DNA of 64,000 bases from a virus. Shown piece after piece: positions 30,890 to 39,954 of this stretch. How positions within the stretch are numbered: the first letter of the stretch is position 1; the number at the start of each line of letters is the position of its first letter. A program made the translations under genes and the position numbers. The DNA lies in IMG/VR virus record IMGVR_UViG_2718218482_000003, one strand, 5' to 3'. The notes under the pieces were generated by a model. The model worked only from the letters and a program-made list of their open reading frames with translations. It was not told the DNA's origin and searched no databases.

Positions 30890-31737
30890 GAACCTGTCTA
30901 GAATCTTTTTAGTAAAATCGCCACACCTGCCAATAGGCAACTCTGTCTACTATTTTCAAGTGTTCGTTCACAGTTTTTCCACAGTCTGCGGTAATTTTCT
31001 AGCCAAGCAAAAGTTCGTTCCACAATCCAGCGTTTCGGTAACACGACAAACTTGTGAAGTTCAGAACGTTTGATGATTTCAACCGAACAATCAATTGTTT
31101 CTTTTATTGATTGTGCAAATGATGGCCCCGTGTATCCACCGTCACAAAGTATATTTGTCACTTTGTCCAATGTTTTCTTGTGCCTTTCACACATTTGGAT
31201 GGCACCCTCTCGGTCTGTTATGTTCGCAGTTGTGACTTCTATAGCATGAATGAGGCCATTGGTATCTACAGCGATATGACGCTTGATTCCTGAAACTTTC
31301 TTTCCGGCATCGTAGCCTTTTTCACCAGCTGTCCATGTGTTTTTCACGCTTTGTGCATCTACGATGCAGCAACACGTCTGCTTTTTGCGTCCATCTTGTT
31401 CACGATAAGTTTCGACCAATTTTTTTATGCACTTTTTCGAGAAGACTTATGCCATTCTCGTCTACTTTCCGCCAAATCTGATAGTAGGAATAGACCGTTT
31501 TCCAGTTCGGAAAGTCACTTGGCAGATTACGCCATTGGCAGCCTGTGGTAAGCAAATATAGCACACCGCAGAATACCTCGTACAAATCAACTGTGCGTGG
31601 ACGTGTCGTTTTCCGTGTACTTTCTAAATCTTCACGAATCAGTTCAAACTGTTCACGGGTAATATTACTTGTATAATCGTGTATCATAGAAATCATCCTT
31701 TTTTGTACAGATTATACCATAGATTTCAGACGGGTTC
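30890..31737 (-). mobile_element. IS5-family element copy B (848 bp, TAA target duplication; OrfA 31400-31696, OrfB to 30898)
   Basis: TAA[GAACC...GGTTC]TAA; empty site CACTCTAAAGAGTG present in the sibling repeat near 32370. Confidence 0.93.
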
Positions 31738-32032
31738 TAAAGAGTGCCTTCCTCCGACTTGATAACCACTTTAATTTTAATAATATATCGCCTATCACAA
31801 AATCATGTCATAGATATTAAGATGCTTTTGTTATAATTTGTCGAATGTGCACAATGAAAATAGGTAACTGATTTATATTTTCGGTTCTTGAGGTCAACTA
31901 CTTTACATCAAAATTCCGTAAAAGATTAAATTGCAGTTGTCTATATTTCTGTTATGATATTTATAGTAACTGAAATCGTGGGTGGGCGGTTGCAACCTTT
32001 CTTCATTTGACGAAGAAAGGAGGTGTAACCGA

Positions 32033-32197
32033 ATGGATATTTTACTTCAATTATTACAAGACGCTGCAAAGGTGTTTTTAACGACACTTGCTGCTGCGTA
32101 TGCGAACAAACTAGTAGCTAAACGTAATAATAAACGTAAAAGAACCACCCCGACGTCGACCAAACGTAAAAGAGGTGGTTCTAAGAACAGAAAATAA
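32033..32197 (+). CDS. Small membrane peptide, candidate type I toxin B (54 aa)
   Basis: AGGAGGTG RBS; MDILLQLLQDAAKVFLTTLAAAYANKLV then basic tail. Confidence 0.7.
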   Translation: MDILLQLLQDAAKVFLTTLAAAYANKLVAKRNNKRKRTTPTSTKRKRGGSKNRK

Positions 32198-32297
32198 TGT
32201 TTTTTGCAACCAGCCACCTTGCGGCGACAGTTACTAGAAGAGATGTTAGCGCATCTCTTCTTTTATTATATACACAAGGTATGACAATAATACTAAT
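32135..32297 (-). ncRNA. Candidate antisense antitoxin RNA B
   Basis: Same TTGATT-16-(TGA)TATAAT at 32331-32304; hairpin AGAACCACC/GGTGGTTCT plus U-rich tail inside the ORF. Confidence 0.55.
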
Positions 32298-33279
32298 ACA
32301 GTAATTATATCAAACGTACATAAAAAATCAATGAGCACATAATGGATATAATGTACAAAAGAAAAGACACTCTAAAGAGTGCCTTCCTTCGACTTGATAA
32401 CCACTTTAATTTTAAGAATATATTTTCTTACAGTACAAGCATATAAGTTAGCTCATCCCACAATCATTTTACTATATTTATGTATGTTGTTTGTTGAGAA
32501 ATATGTTTTTAGTTCGTATTTCATACGTTCTTATCTCATAATAAAAAGCTAGGCAGTGGCTTTCTATTACATTTAGAGGGAAAAGTAATAGACATACATA
32601 AGGGGTAGCCAGAACTTCTTGTAATTCGGAATATACAACAAATTCCGACAAAAGTTACGCTTTTTTTATAATTATATAAATTGAACATAAAAAAGAGCCC
32701 ATTGGTCGTAGTAACAACAGTGGGCTTTTCTAGTTGTACCTTTTTGTTCTGGTTGGTAATATATGTAAGTGTTATGGCGTCGCGCATGCAGAAATTATCT
32801 ATTGAGAAAGTTTTTTGTTGAATTTTGTAATACTTTGATTTTGTTGAATAAAAATAAATAAAATTTCCTGTTTTTTCTTAAAATAATTAGTCTTTCGCAT
32901 CACTATTCAATAATATGAGGGAAAATAAAAAATATAGTTGGTATATATATTGAGAAAATTATTTTATAATTGAATATTCAAGATTTTTATATCGCTTAAT
33001 GATAAAATTACATAAACATATGTAACATGCATAAACACATGTAGCAATGAATTGATTCAATCCAACTCAAGTCCGTAGATATAAATTAAAAATTGGCTGG
33101 ATAAAAAAACAGATTATTGGATGGTTTATTGCTCAGCCAATTCAAATAAAATAAAAATAGGTGGATATTTTTGTATATTCTGTAAATTGATATTGAATCA
33201 AACTGGAGAAAGTTTTAAAAAATATCTCTTTATATATTAATAGTGTGTTCATGTGGAAAATAATAAAATGAACGGAACG

Positions 33280-33392
33280 AAAAAAAGACTCCCAGCGTGT
33301 GTAAGTAGTGTAGCAGCACTCTTACACCGTTCGCCCGACTCACGAGGGGAACATTTGCCATAAGTCTCTTTTCGGTCACTACACGAGTAACA
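33280..33392 (-). ncRNA. Candidate small RNA (or leader peptide) divergent from aimR
   Basis: TGTTATAAT extended -10 at 33406-33398, hairpin GTGTAAG...CTTACAC, ends in a U run at 33280-33285. Confidence 0.35.
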
Positions 33393-33500
33393 CTTACATT
33401 ATAACATGCCGATAATACCAAAGCATTACTATGGTATTATTTTCCCTTTAAAAAAGTTGAGAAAACGAGCGAAGTCTTTGTTCCAATAGGAGGAGCAAAA

Positions 33501-34640
33501 ATGAAGAAGTTAATGAACGAGGTAAGAGATTTTATTGATTCCAACAATATGGTTAGAAATGATTTATCCATAAAAATAGGTGTTAGTAATACAACGCTAG
33601 GCAATGGACTAAATGGAAAATTCGAAATGAAATTTGAGAACTTTTTGAAGTTGCTGAATGAAGTCTATGATAATCAAAGAGAAATTAGATTGAAAATAAA
33701 AAAATTCGCAATGAAATGCACAAGTGATTTAAATGTGAAAAAATCTCTTTTTTATTGTCAAGCAGCTGGGGAATATGACACTATTCAATATTTAATTAGA
33801 AAATATAAAGAAACCGAAAATTTACAAAAATATATTGATGTATTCGAACTTTTTAATAAGAGGAACCGTAATGAAACACGCGGACAAGAATTAAGTAATT
33901 TAGTCAATAAACTGACGCGAATAGAAGATGTAGATCGCCAAATACTTATTGAATTGTTATTAACGGTATGCATGTATGACCATGGGAATTATAGTGCAAT
34001 GCTTCCGCATGCGGACAATGCTAGAAACGCAATACCCAAAGTGGAAAATAAGTTCATAAAACAATGTGTAGAATTATATTTTTATGAGCGTCAAGCCTAT
34101 ATACAGCTTCTAAATAACAATGTTAGTGAAAGCCGTAGAATAGCCAACAAAGTCGTAGAATCCAGTTTTAACGCCTTGATTACAAAAGCCACAGCATTAT
34201 GTTGTATCGGCGAGTCTTACATATTTTCAGGAGAAATTTTAAAAGCCGAAAAGTACATCCTAGAATCTATTAGTTTATTAAAAGAAGTATCTTCTGCACA
34301 GAAAACTAGAAAATACAAATCATTTCATACAACATTAGCTTTTCTTTATATAGAACATAACTTTAATCTTGATAAAATTGATTTTACAGCAATAGATAAG
34401 GCTGAAATTGCTTTCTTTGAAGCGAAATATGGCGATCGAAACCTTGCTATTAAGTTATTAAATGAGTTGTTAGAAGTGAACGGAAAATTGACTGGGTTTC
34501 AATGGTATTACTATGCTTATGCTAGACCAGAAAAAAGAATAGAATATCTTAATAATGCATTGCTAGAGCTTGCCAAAAATGGTAATATATATTACATGCA
34601 GGCTATTCGTGAAGCCTTAACGAAAGAGCAGGTGAGTTAA
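33501..34640 (+). CDS. aimR: AimR arbitrium peptide receptor
   Basis: N-terminal HTH, TPR-like body, C-terminal AKNGNIYY, directly followed by a secreted peptide gene. Confidence 0.9.
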   Translation: MKKLMNEVRDFIDSNNMVRNDLSIKIGVSNTTLGNGLNGKFEMKFENFLKLLNEVYDNQREIRLKIKKFAMKCTSDLNVKKSLFYCQAAGEYDTIQYLIRKYKETENLQKYIDVFELFNKRNRNETRGQELSNLVNKLTRIEDVDRQILIELLLTVCMYDHGNYSAMLPHADNARNAIPKVENKFIKQCVELYFYERQAYIQLLNNNVSESRRIANKVVESSFNALITKATALCCIGESYIFSGEILKAEKYILESISLLKEVSSAQKTRKYKSFHTTLAFLYIEHNFNLDKIDFTAIDKAEIAFFEAKYGDRNLAIKLLNELLEVNGKLTGFQWYYYAYARPEKRIEYLNNALLELAKNGNIYYMQAIREALTKEQVS

Positions 34641-34778
34641 ATGAAAAAAATTATAGCAACAGTAATTTGCGCTTTTGCCCTATGCACATTAGTACATAAG
34701 GCAGAAACAACGAACAACGCAAATTCAAATGTTACACCTACAATTCAATATATGATGACTGATCCCGGTGGGCTTTAA
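34641..34778 (+). CDS. aimP: AimP arbitrium pro-peptide (45 aa; not in ORF track)
   Basis: MKKIIATVICAFALCTLVHKAETTNNANSNVTPTIQYMMTDPGGL: signal peptide plus MMxxPGG-type C-terminus. Confidence 0.9.
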   Translation: MKKIIATVICAFALCTLVHKAETTNNANSNVTPTIQYMMTDPGGL

Positions 34779-34800
34779 GCTTGAAATAAGGGGATTTTAA

Positions 34801-34826
34801 AAAGACGCTACTTCGGTAGCGTCTTT
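34801..34826 (+). terminator. aimRP terminator
   Basis: AAAGACGCTAC-TTCG-GTAGCGTCTTT. Confidence 0.8.
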
Positions 34827-34843
34827 CGTGCATTATAGGCTAT

Positions 34844-34874
34844 AAAACTTTTCGTGGCAACAGCTTAAAGTTTT
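34844..34874. promoter_or_regulatory. Candidate AimR operator
   Basis: AAAACTTT-N15-AAAGTTTT upstream of the aimX-position ORF. Confidence 0.45.
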
Positions 34875-34927
34875 GCAAATGTGATTTAATTCACAAACTA
34901 CTATGGAGTTATCGGAGGATGTTGGGG

Positions 34928-35113
34928 ATGACAAAAAGAGAAATTGAAAATCAAACAAAACAAATGGTACAAGTTTTATTAGGAAGTGCAAATGTTTCTG
35001 GGGATGTAATGTTTGTGCTAGAAGAATTAAGTAATCAGGGGTTGTTATCTAACAATGAATTACAAACCTTTCAAAATATAATGGTAACAAAAAAAGGAAT
35101 AGCAACTTGCTAA
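34928..35113 (+). CDS. Small ORF at the aimX position, convergent with the repressor
   Basis: GGAGG RBS 9 nt before ATG; 61 aa; position after aimP. Confidence 0.55.
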   Translation: MTKREIENQTKQMVQVLLGSANVSGDVMFVLEELSNQGLLSNNELQTFQNIMVTKKGIATC

Positions 35114-35123
35114 TCCTTTTTCT

Positions 35124-35477
35124 TTATTTAAGCATTCTTTTAACTGCAACTTCAAGTAAATCTTTAAGACTTTCCAGGTCGTCCTCTGATAACTCTCTTC
35201 CGTCCCAGTGTAGTTTCTGATTATCAAAGAAGTCTTTGATGTTAGATGATGTAGCCTTTTCTAAAGTTGGATCGTCAGTTTTACATAAAATGTAGTCAGT
35301 TGTTGTATTGTGTAAATCAGCTAGTTTACAGATCATTTCCGCATCTGGTTTTCTATAATTAGTTTCGTATCCACTATAAGTCGAGTCACCTATTCCTAAC
35401 TTTGATGAGATCTCCTTCATAGTCCATTTTTGTTTGTTCCTCAAATATTTCAAGCGTTCCCCTATGTTCATGTACAA
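35124..35477 (-). CDS. XRE-family cI-like repressor
   Basis: GERLKYLR...STYSGYETNYRKPD...TTTDYIL. Confidence 0.9.
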   Translation of the reverse strand: MYMNIGERLKYLRNKQKWTMKEISSKLGIGDSTYSGYETNYRKPDAEMICKLADLHNTTTDYILCKTDDPTLEKATSSNIKDFFDNQKLHWDGRELSEDDLESLKDLLEVAVKRMLK

Positions 35478-35577
35478 AACCTCCCTATAAATAAAGATAA
35501 CATTTAACAGAACAAAATCAATATTTTTTTCGCGTTCCGCGAATTTATTTCATTTCGAAAAATTCACAAAAAAGATA

Positions 35578-35606
35578 TTTACATATTCGCGAATCGCGAG
35601 TATACT
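35578..35606 (+). promoter_or_regulatory. Lytic promoter with CGCG-palindromic operators in the spacer
   Basis: TTTACA-17-TATACT; ATTCGCGAAT at 35585-35594, related CGCGTTCCGCGAA at 35531. Confidence 0.7.
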
Positions 35607-35636
35607 AAAATCAAACATAAGACATCGGAGGTAAAC

Positions 35637-35867
35637 ATGAAAAGAGAATGGTTAATCAAATTGCGTGAAGATAAAGGTCTTAAGCAATTTGAAATAGCTA
35701 AAACACTAGATATTTCTTCTAACTATTATTGTGAAATCGAAAATGGGAAGAAGAACCCTAGATGGAATATAGCTATGCGAATTGCGGGGTTCTTTGGTGT
35801 ATCAGTAGATAATTTTTTTTATAATCATACTCTCGTTTCGAGAGTGCATAAAGAGAGAGGTAAATGA
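35637..35867 (+). CDS. Cro-like XRE regulator
   Basis: LKQFEIAKTLDISSNYYCEIENGKKNP; divergent from cI. Confidence 0.88.
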   Translation: MKREWLIKLREDKGLKQFEIAKTLDISSNYYCEIENGKKNPRWNIAMRIAGFFGVSVDNFFYNHTLVSRVHKERGK

Positions 35868-36585
35868 AAATGAATCAATTGCAAGATTTGCACCATCCAG
35901 TAAGTGAATTTGTTTTTACAGAAAGAAATCAAGTGGTTACAGACAGTTTAACGATGGCTCAAATGTTTGGGAAAGAACATAAAAATGTAATTCGAGATAT
36001 CGAGGTGCAGCTTGAAAAATTAATTGAAGCAAATGAAACGGAATGGGGGCGGCTCAACTTTGAGCCTACCCAATACCAGCATTATCAAAATAAACAATGG
36101 TATCCAAAGTTCAATCTTACAGAAGATGCATTCGCGATTGTAGCAATGAGTTACATAACACCAGAAGCAATGAAAATGAAAATTAAGTTCTTACAAGAAT
36201 TCAAGCTCAAAAGGTACAGCAACAACCTAAAAGTGTTGAAGATGCAATTATCTATAGTATGACTGAGCTAAAACAAATAAAATCACGACAAGATCATACG
36301 GAAGAAGAAATGAACAAAATGAAACTTCTAGTTGATAACGAACTGTGGCTTACCGAGCAGCATAAAGGGGCTGTGCAACGTAAAGTAAAACAACGTGTTT
36401 TTGAACTAAAAAAAGAAGGTTACGATAATGCATCGTATCAAGGCATATATGGGGCATTAAAAAGACACTTTGGTGTAGCTAAATACGATAAAATCCCAAG
36501 AAAATATTATCAAAACGCCATGCGATTCATTGCAGGATGGTATCCACCAGAAAGACCCAGTGCATTAGATGATTATGTTTCTTAA
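35864..36585 (+). pseudogene. Rha-family antirepressor split by a frameshift near 36206
   Basis: Rha domain TDSLTMAQMFGKEHKNV...FNLTEDAF; alternative frame QKVQQQPKSVEDAIIYSMTELK joins the 36259 ORF (YDKIPRKYYQNAMRFI). Confidence 0.8.
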
Positions 36586-36628
36586 TAGATAAAATTAAAA
36601 TTTTATAAGAAGAAAGGAAGATATAAAA

Positions 36629-36979
36629 ATGAAAAATTCAACAGTTCAAATAGCGTTAGCAATTACAAAGTTTTCAGCTCAAAAAGGATGGAGCGATGAA
36701 GAATTTTGGGAGGCGATTGAGTTACTTCGTTTCAATAAAGAAGATGCAAGACAAACAGCAATAGAAAAATTAGATACTATCCCGGTTGCTTACGATAGTA
36801 CAAATGATTATCCAATTATGTTGAAAGTAGATCATATAGCAGAAGTATTAGGAATTTCACAAAGAAAAGCATACGACATTATGGATCAAAAAGGATTCCC
36901 ATTAGTGAAAATTGGGCGTAAGAAGGTGGTTCCGAGGGATGCATTCTTTAATTGGTTAGAAAGGGGGATGACAGCATGA
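36629..36979 (+). CDS. Excisionase-like HTH protein
   Basis: LKVDHIAEVLGISQRKAYDIM...VPRDAFFNWL. Confidence 0.75.
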   Translation: MKNSTVQIALAITKFSAQKGWSDEEFWEAIELLRFNKEDARQTAIEKLDTIPVAYDSTNDYPIMLKVDHIAEVLGISQRKAYDIMDQKGFPLVKIGRKKVVPRDAFFNWLERGMTA

Positions 36980-37170
36980 TAGAAGATCCAATAGCTGCAT
37001 CAGTGTTTGGGCTACTAATTGCTTGTAGTGCTTGGTTAGGATACATCACTTATGAGCCGATAAAACAATGGGCATGGAGTGATGTGAAACAAAATAAAAA
37101 GGCCCACGGCAATGGGTCCTTTGAAAAAAAACAAGTTGTTATAAGTATATCACGGAAAGTAGGGAAATAG
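36952..37170 (+). CDS. Hypothetical phage membrane peptide
   Basis: One TM segment. Confidence 0.5.
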   Translation: MVRKGDDSMIEDPIAASVFGLLIACSAWLGYITYEPIKQWAWSDVKQNKKAHGNGSFEKKQVVISISRKVGK

Positions 37171-37173
37171 TAC

Positions 37174-37350
37174 ATGGATTTAATTGAATATCAAGTGCTA
37201 TTACCTAATAAGTTCTGGAGCTTAGCGAAAAGCAAAGATGAATTGAAACAAATGATTGAACAGTATTTCAAAGTTGGTTATCCGCATTATGAAATTCAAC
37301 GAATTATTAAAAGTGGACAAGCATATGTGGCAGTTTGTACAAGGAGGTAA
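37174..37350 (+). CDS. Hypothetical phage protein (58 aa; not in ORF track)
   Basis: MDLIEYQVLLPNKFWSLAKSKDELKQMIEQYFKVGYPHYEIQRIIKSGQAYVAVCTRR, RBS AGGGA. Confidence 0.65.
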   Translation: MDLIEYQVLLPNKFWSLAKSKDELKQMIEQYFKVGYPHYEIQRIIKSGQAYVAVCTRR

Positions 37351-37355
37351 TTATA

Positions 37356-38162
37356 GTGTCAGAAGTTAAATGGATAAAGCTTTCAACTAGTATGTTTGAA
37401 GATGAAAAAATACGTTTAATCGAAAGCATGCCTGAAGCTGATACCTTACTAATTATATGGATTAGATTATTAGCACAAGCCGGGAAAACAAATGCAAGTG
37501 GGTATATTTTTCTTAGTAAAAACATTCCTTACTCTGATGAAATGCTTGCAACGCTGTTTAACAGACCGATTGCAACAGTAAGATTAGCGCTTCGAACATT
37601 TCAACAATTTGGAATGATTGAGATAACAGATGATCAGTACATTTGTATTTCGAATTGGGAAAAACATCAAAACGTTGATGGATTAGAAAAAATCCGTGAG
37701 CAAAACCGATTACGCAAACAAAGACAGAGGGAAAAACTTAAATTGGAGATGTCACGTGACAGTCACGAGACAATCACGCGAAGTCACGCAACAGATATAG
37801 AAGAAGATAAAGAATTAGATATAGATAAAGAAAAAGAATTAGATATAGATAAAGAAAAAGATAAAAAGAAGAAAGAAAAACCGTCCCGTCACAAGTTCGA
37901 AACTTGTGACACCAATGGAGCTAAGTATTTGTTTGAGAGAATTAAGGGTAATAACCCTAAACAAAAAGAACCAAACTTTGATTCTTGGGCAAATGATTTT
38001 AGGTTGATGCGCGAAAAGGATAACCGTGAATTAAAAGAGATTAAAGATGTTATTGATTGGTGCCAAGCTGATCCATTCTGGCAAGGTAACATTTTATCTC
38101 CTAAAAAGCTACGTGAAAAGTTTGATCAACTAACTATTCAAATGAATTCTAAAAAAGTCTAG
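37356..38162 (+). CDS. Phage replisome organiser/replication initiator, C-terminal 23 aa cut off by IS110
   Basis: VKWIKLSTSMFEDEKIRLIE N-terminus; removing the IS restores ...SKKGVKNNDPIASNGAIYYNETEFDF. Confidence 0.88.
   Translation: MSEVKWIKLSTSMFEDEKIRLIESMPEADTLLIIWIRLLAQAGKTNASGYIFLSKNIPYSDEMLATLFNRPIATVRLALRTFQQFGMIEITDDQYICISNWEKHQNVDGLEKIREQNRLRKQRQREKLKLEMSRDSHETITRSHATDIEEDKELDIDKEKELDIDKEKDKKKKEKPSRHKFETCDTNGAKYLFERIKGNNPKQKEPNFDSWANDFRLMREKDNRELKEIKDVIDWCQADPFWQGNILSPKKLREKFDQLTIQMNSKKV
37751..37870. repeat. Probable replication origin: four TCACG iterons then A-rich tandem repeats
   Basis: TCACG at 37752, 37763, 37774, 37784; AAAGAATTAGATATAGATAAAGAA twice. Confidence 0.6.
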
Positions 38163-38291
38163 TGGTAATAAGTCAAGAGTAAAACAAGACTGATTCTTTC
38201 TAGGTGCAATTTTTTTCAGCATACGGAAATAGACCCGACCAAAAATGAAATTTTTTCGGGCCGTTTCCAAGATTGCGTCAATAACAAAATG

Positions 38292-39548
38292 TTATTTTTC
38301 TATCACGCTCCTTGGTGGCGTGTAGAGTTGATGGTTACGTAGTAGCGTATCCACCAGACGCACAAATTTTCTTGCGGTTAAGACGATGGCTCTTTTGTGT
38401 TGATGTTTGGGTGTTTCCTTGTATTTTTTTTGATAAAACGCTTGATATTCAGGCAAATATCTTCTTACAGAATTGGCAGCCTCAACTAAGTAATAGCGAA
38501 GATAACGATTGCCTTGTTTGGTTAATGGTGTATTTTCAGATTGATAATTTCCTGATTGCTTGATTTTCCAGCTTAATCCGGCATATTTAGCCAGTTTTGT
38601 TTGATCTTCAAAACGTTGGATTTGTCCGATTTCAGCTAATAATCCAGCAGCGTAAACTTTGCCAACACCCGGAATACTTGTTAGACATTGATACTCTGGT
38701 AAGACAATGACGAGCTGTTCAATCGCCTTATCAAGGTCTTTGATGCTAGCTTCTAGTGCACGAATTTCACGGGCGAGAACACTCAAAATAATATTGATAG
38801 ATTCTTGAGCCACTTCACCTAAACGGTAAGACATCGTAATTGCTCGTTGAATCGTTTTCGCTAATCCTTCCGGATTTTTAAATCGGCCGTTTCCTTTTTC
38901 TTGAAGTAAGGAAATGAAGTCGGTTAAAGGCATGTGTGCTAATTCATCTAATCCATAATCTTCTGTCATTAAGGAAAGTAAGGTTGCGCCGAATACGGAA
39001 GAATTCGTATCGCTATTTTTTAACTCGCGCGTGAGCGCGTTGCATTTGTAAGTTAAATTCTCAAGAAAATGTTGTTTCGTTTCTACAAGCTGCCCAATTA
39101 ATTGGTAACGTGTTCGAGTTAAACGTTGAAGCGCCATATATTTCTCTTCTTTAATTGGAGAGGTAGTATACCGTTGGATTCTTAAAAAGTCAGCGATTCG
39201 CATCGCATCATTTTTATCGGTTTTATCTTCATCAAATATTCGGCTGAATTGTTTGATTCGAAAAGGATTTTCAATTGTAACAACGGTATTGATACGTTGT
39301 AGTTCTCGATCCTCGTTAAAAAATGTAGCTGGGTGAAAGCTATACATGGAGGTAGATTCCATACCAATCACAATTTGAGAAAACGAGTAAACTTTTTGAA
39401 ATGCCAAGATTTTTTGTTTGATTTGGCTGGCACCTTCTATGTCGTTACCTAGACTATCTTCTAGAAGAATTGTCAACTGATCATCGTCTGATAAAAAACA
39501 AACATCTAGTTTCTCAGAGCTGACATCTAAACCAACAAATAATTTCAT
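38292..39548 (-). CDS. IS110 DEDD recombinase (transposase)
   Basis: GLDVS, GMEST, DKTDKNDA, YAGL...KQSG, KQGNRYLR motifs. Confidence 0.95.
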   Translation of the reverse strand: MKLFVGLDVSSEKLDVCFLSDDDQLTILLEDSLGNDIEGASQIKQKILAFQKVYSFSQIVIGMESTSMYSFHPATFFNEDRELQRINTVVTIENPFRIKQFSRIFDEDKTDKNDAMRIADFLRIQRYTTSPIKEEKYMALQRLTRTRYQLIGQLVETKQHFLENLTYKCNALTRELKNSDTNSSVFGATLLSLMTEDYGLDELAHMPLTDFISLLQEKGNGRFKNPEGLAKTIQRAITMSYRLGEVAQESINIILSVLAREIRALEASIKDLDKAIEQLVIVLPEYQCLTSIPGVGKVYAAGLLAEIGQIQRFEDQTKLAKYAGLSWKIKQSGNYQSENTPLTKQGNRYLRYYLVEAANSVRRYLPEYQAFYQKKYKETPKHQHKRAIVLTARKFVRLVDTLLRNHQLYTPPRSVIEK

Positions 39549-39619
39549 TTGGAAGGACCTCCTTTCATTAATAATTTAGAAAATGCTTCGATACTGTGGG
39601 ATTTCCCAGAAGCTCATTG

Positions 39620-39925
39620 CGTAACCACAACCTCGCCTACAAGAATACAGTGACAACTTTTTGGGGGCTACCTTTTGAACTACTATTCAAAAGCCCAATC
39701 CGCTATCGAAACAGCTAGTGTGTTGGTAGTGATAACAATGGCTCGGGTAACAGACTTAGTATCGTAGACAGAGCTACAGGAGTGATAAGCAAATTCCCGA
39801 TGGATCCTTTCCATACATCCATTGTATCTGAGAAATTCAACAGTATCGAAACAAATTCCGTAAGGAATCTTTTGATATATTTTAAGTATTACATTAGGGT
39901 GATTTAAAAACAGAAAGCTTTAGCT
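39620..39925 (-). ncRNA. Candidate bridge RNA in IS110 left end
   Basis: ATCACTCCT (39786-39778) matches insertion target TTCACTCCT 8/9, inside a closed loop; boundaries unknown. Confidence 0.6.
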
Positions 39926-39954
39926 AAACTATATTTTACGAGGAGTGAAAAACA

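Larger units (their letters stand above)
38158..39940 (-). mobile_element. IS110-family element (IS110-group type, 1783 bp plus CT core, long left non-coding end)
   Basis: Core on both flanks (38156-38157 and 39941-39942); excision restores the rep reading frame; no terminal IRs; ~390 bp upstream of the transposase. Confidence 0.9.

Noticed and set aside
39620-39725. Full donor-binding loop for the CT-core IS110
   Set aside because: CACTAG and CGAG matches exist but are about 80 nt apart and the left match is out of register with the core, so no guide pair is claimed.
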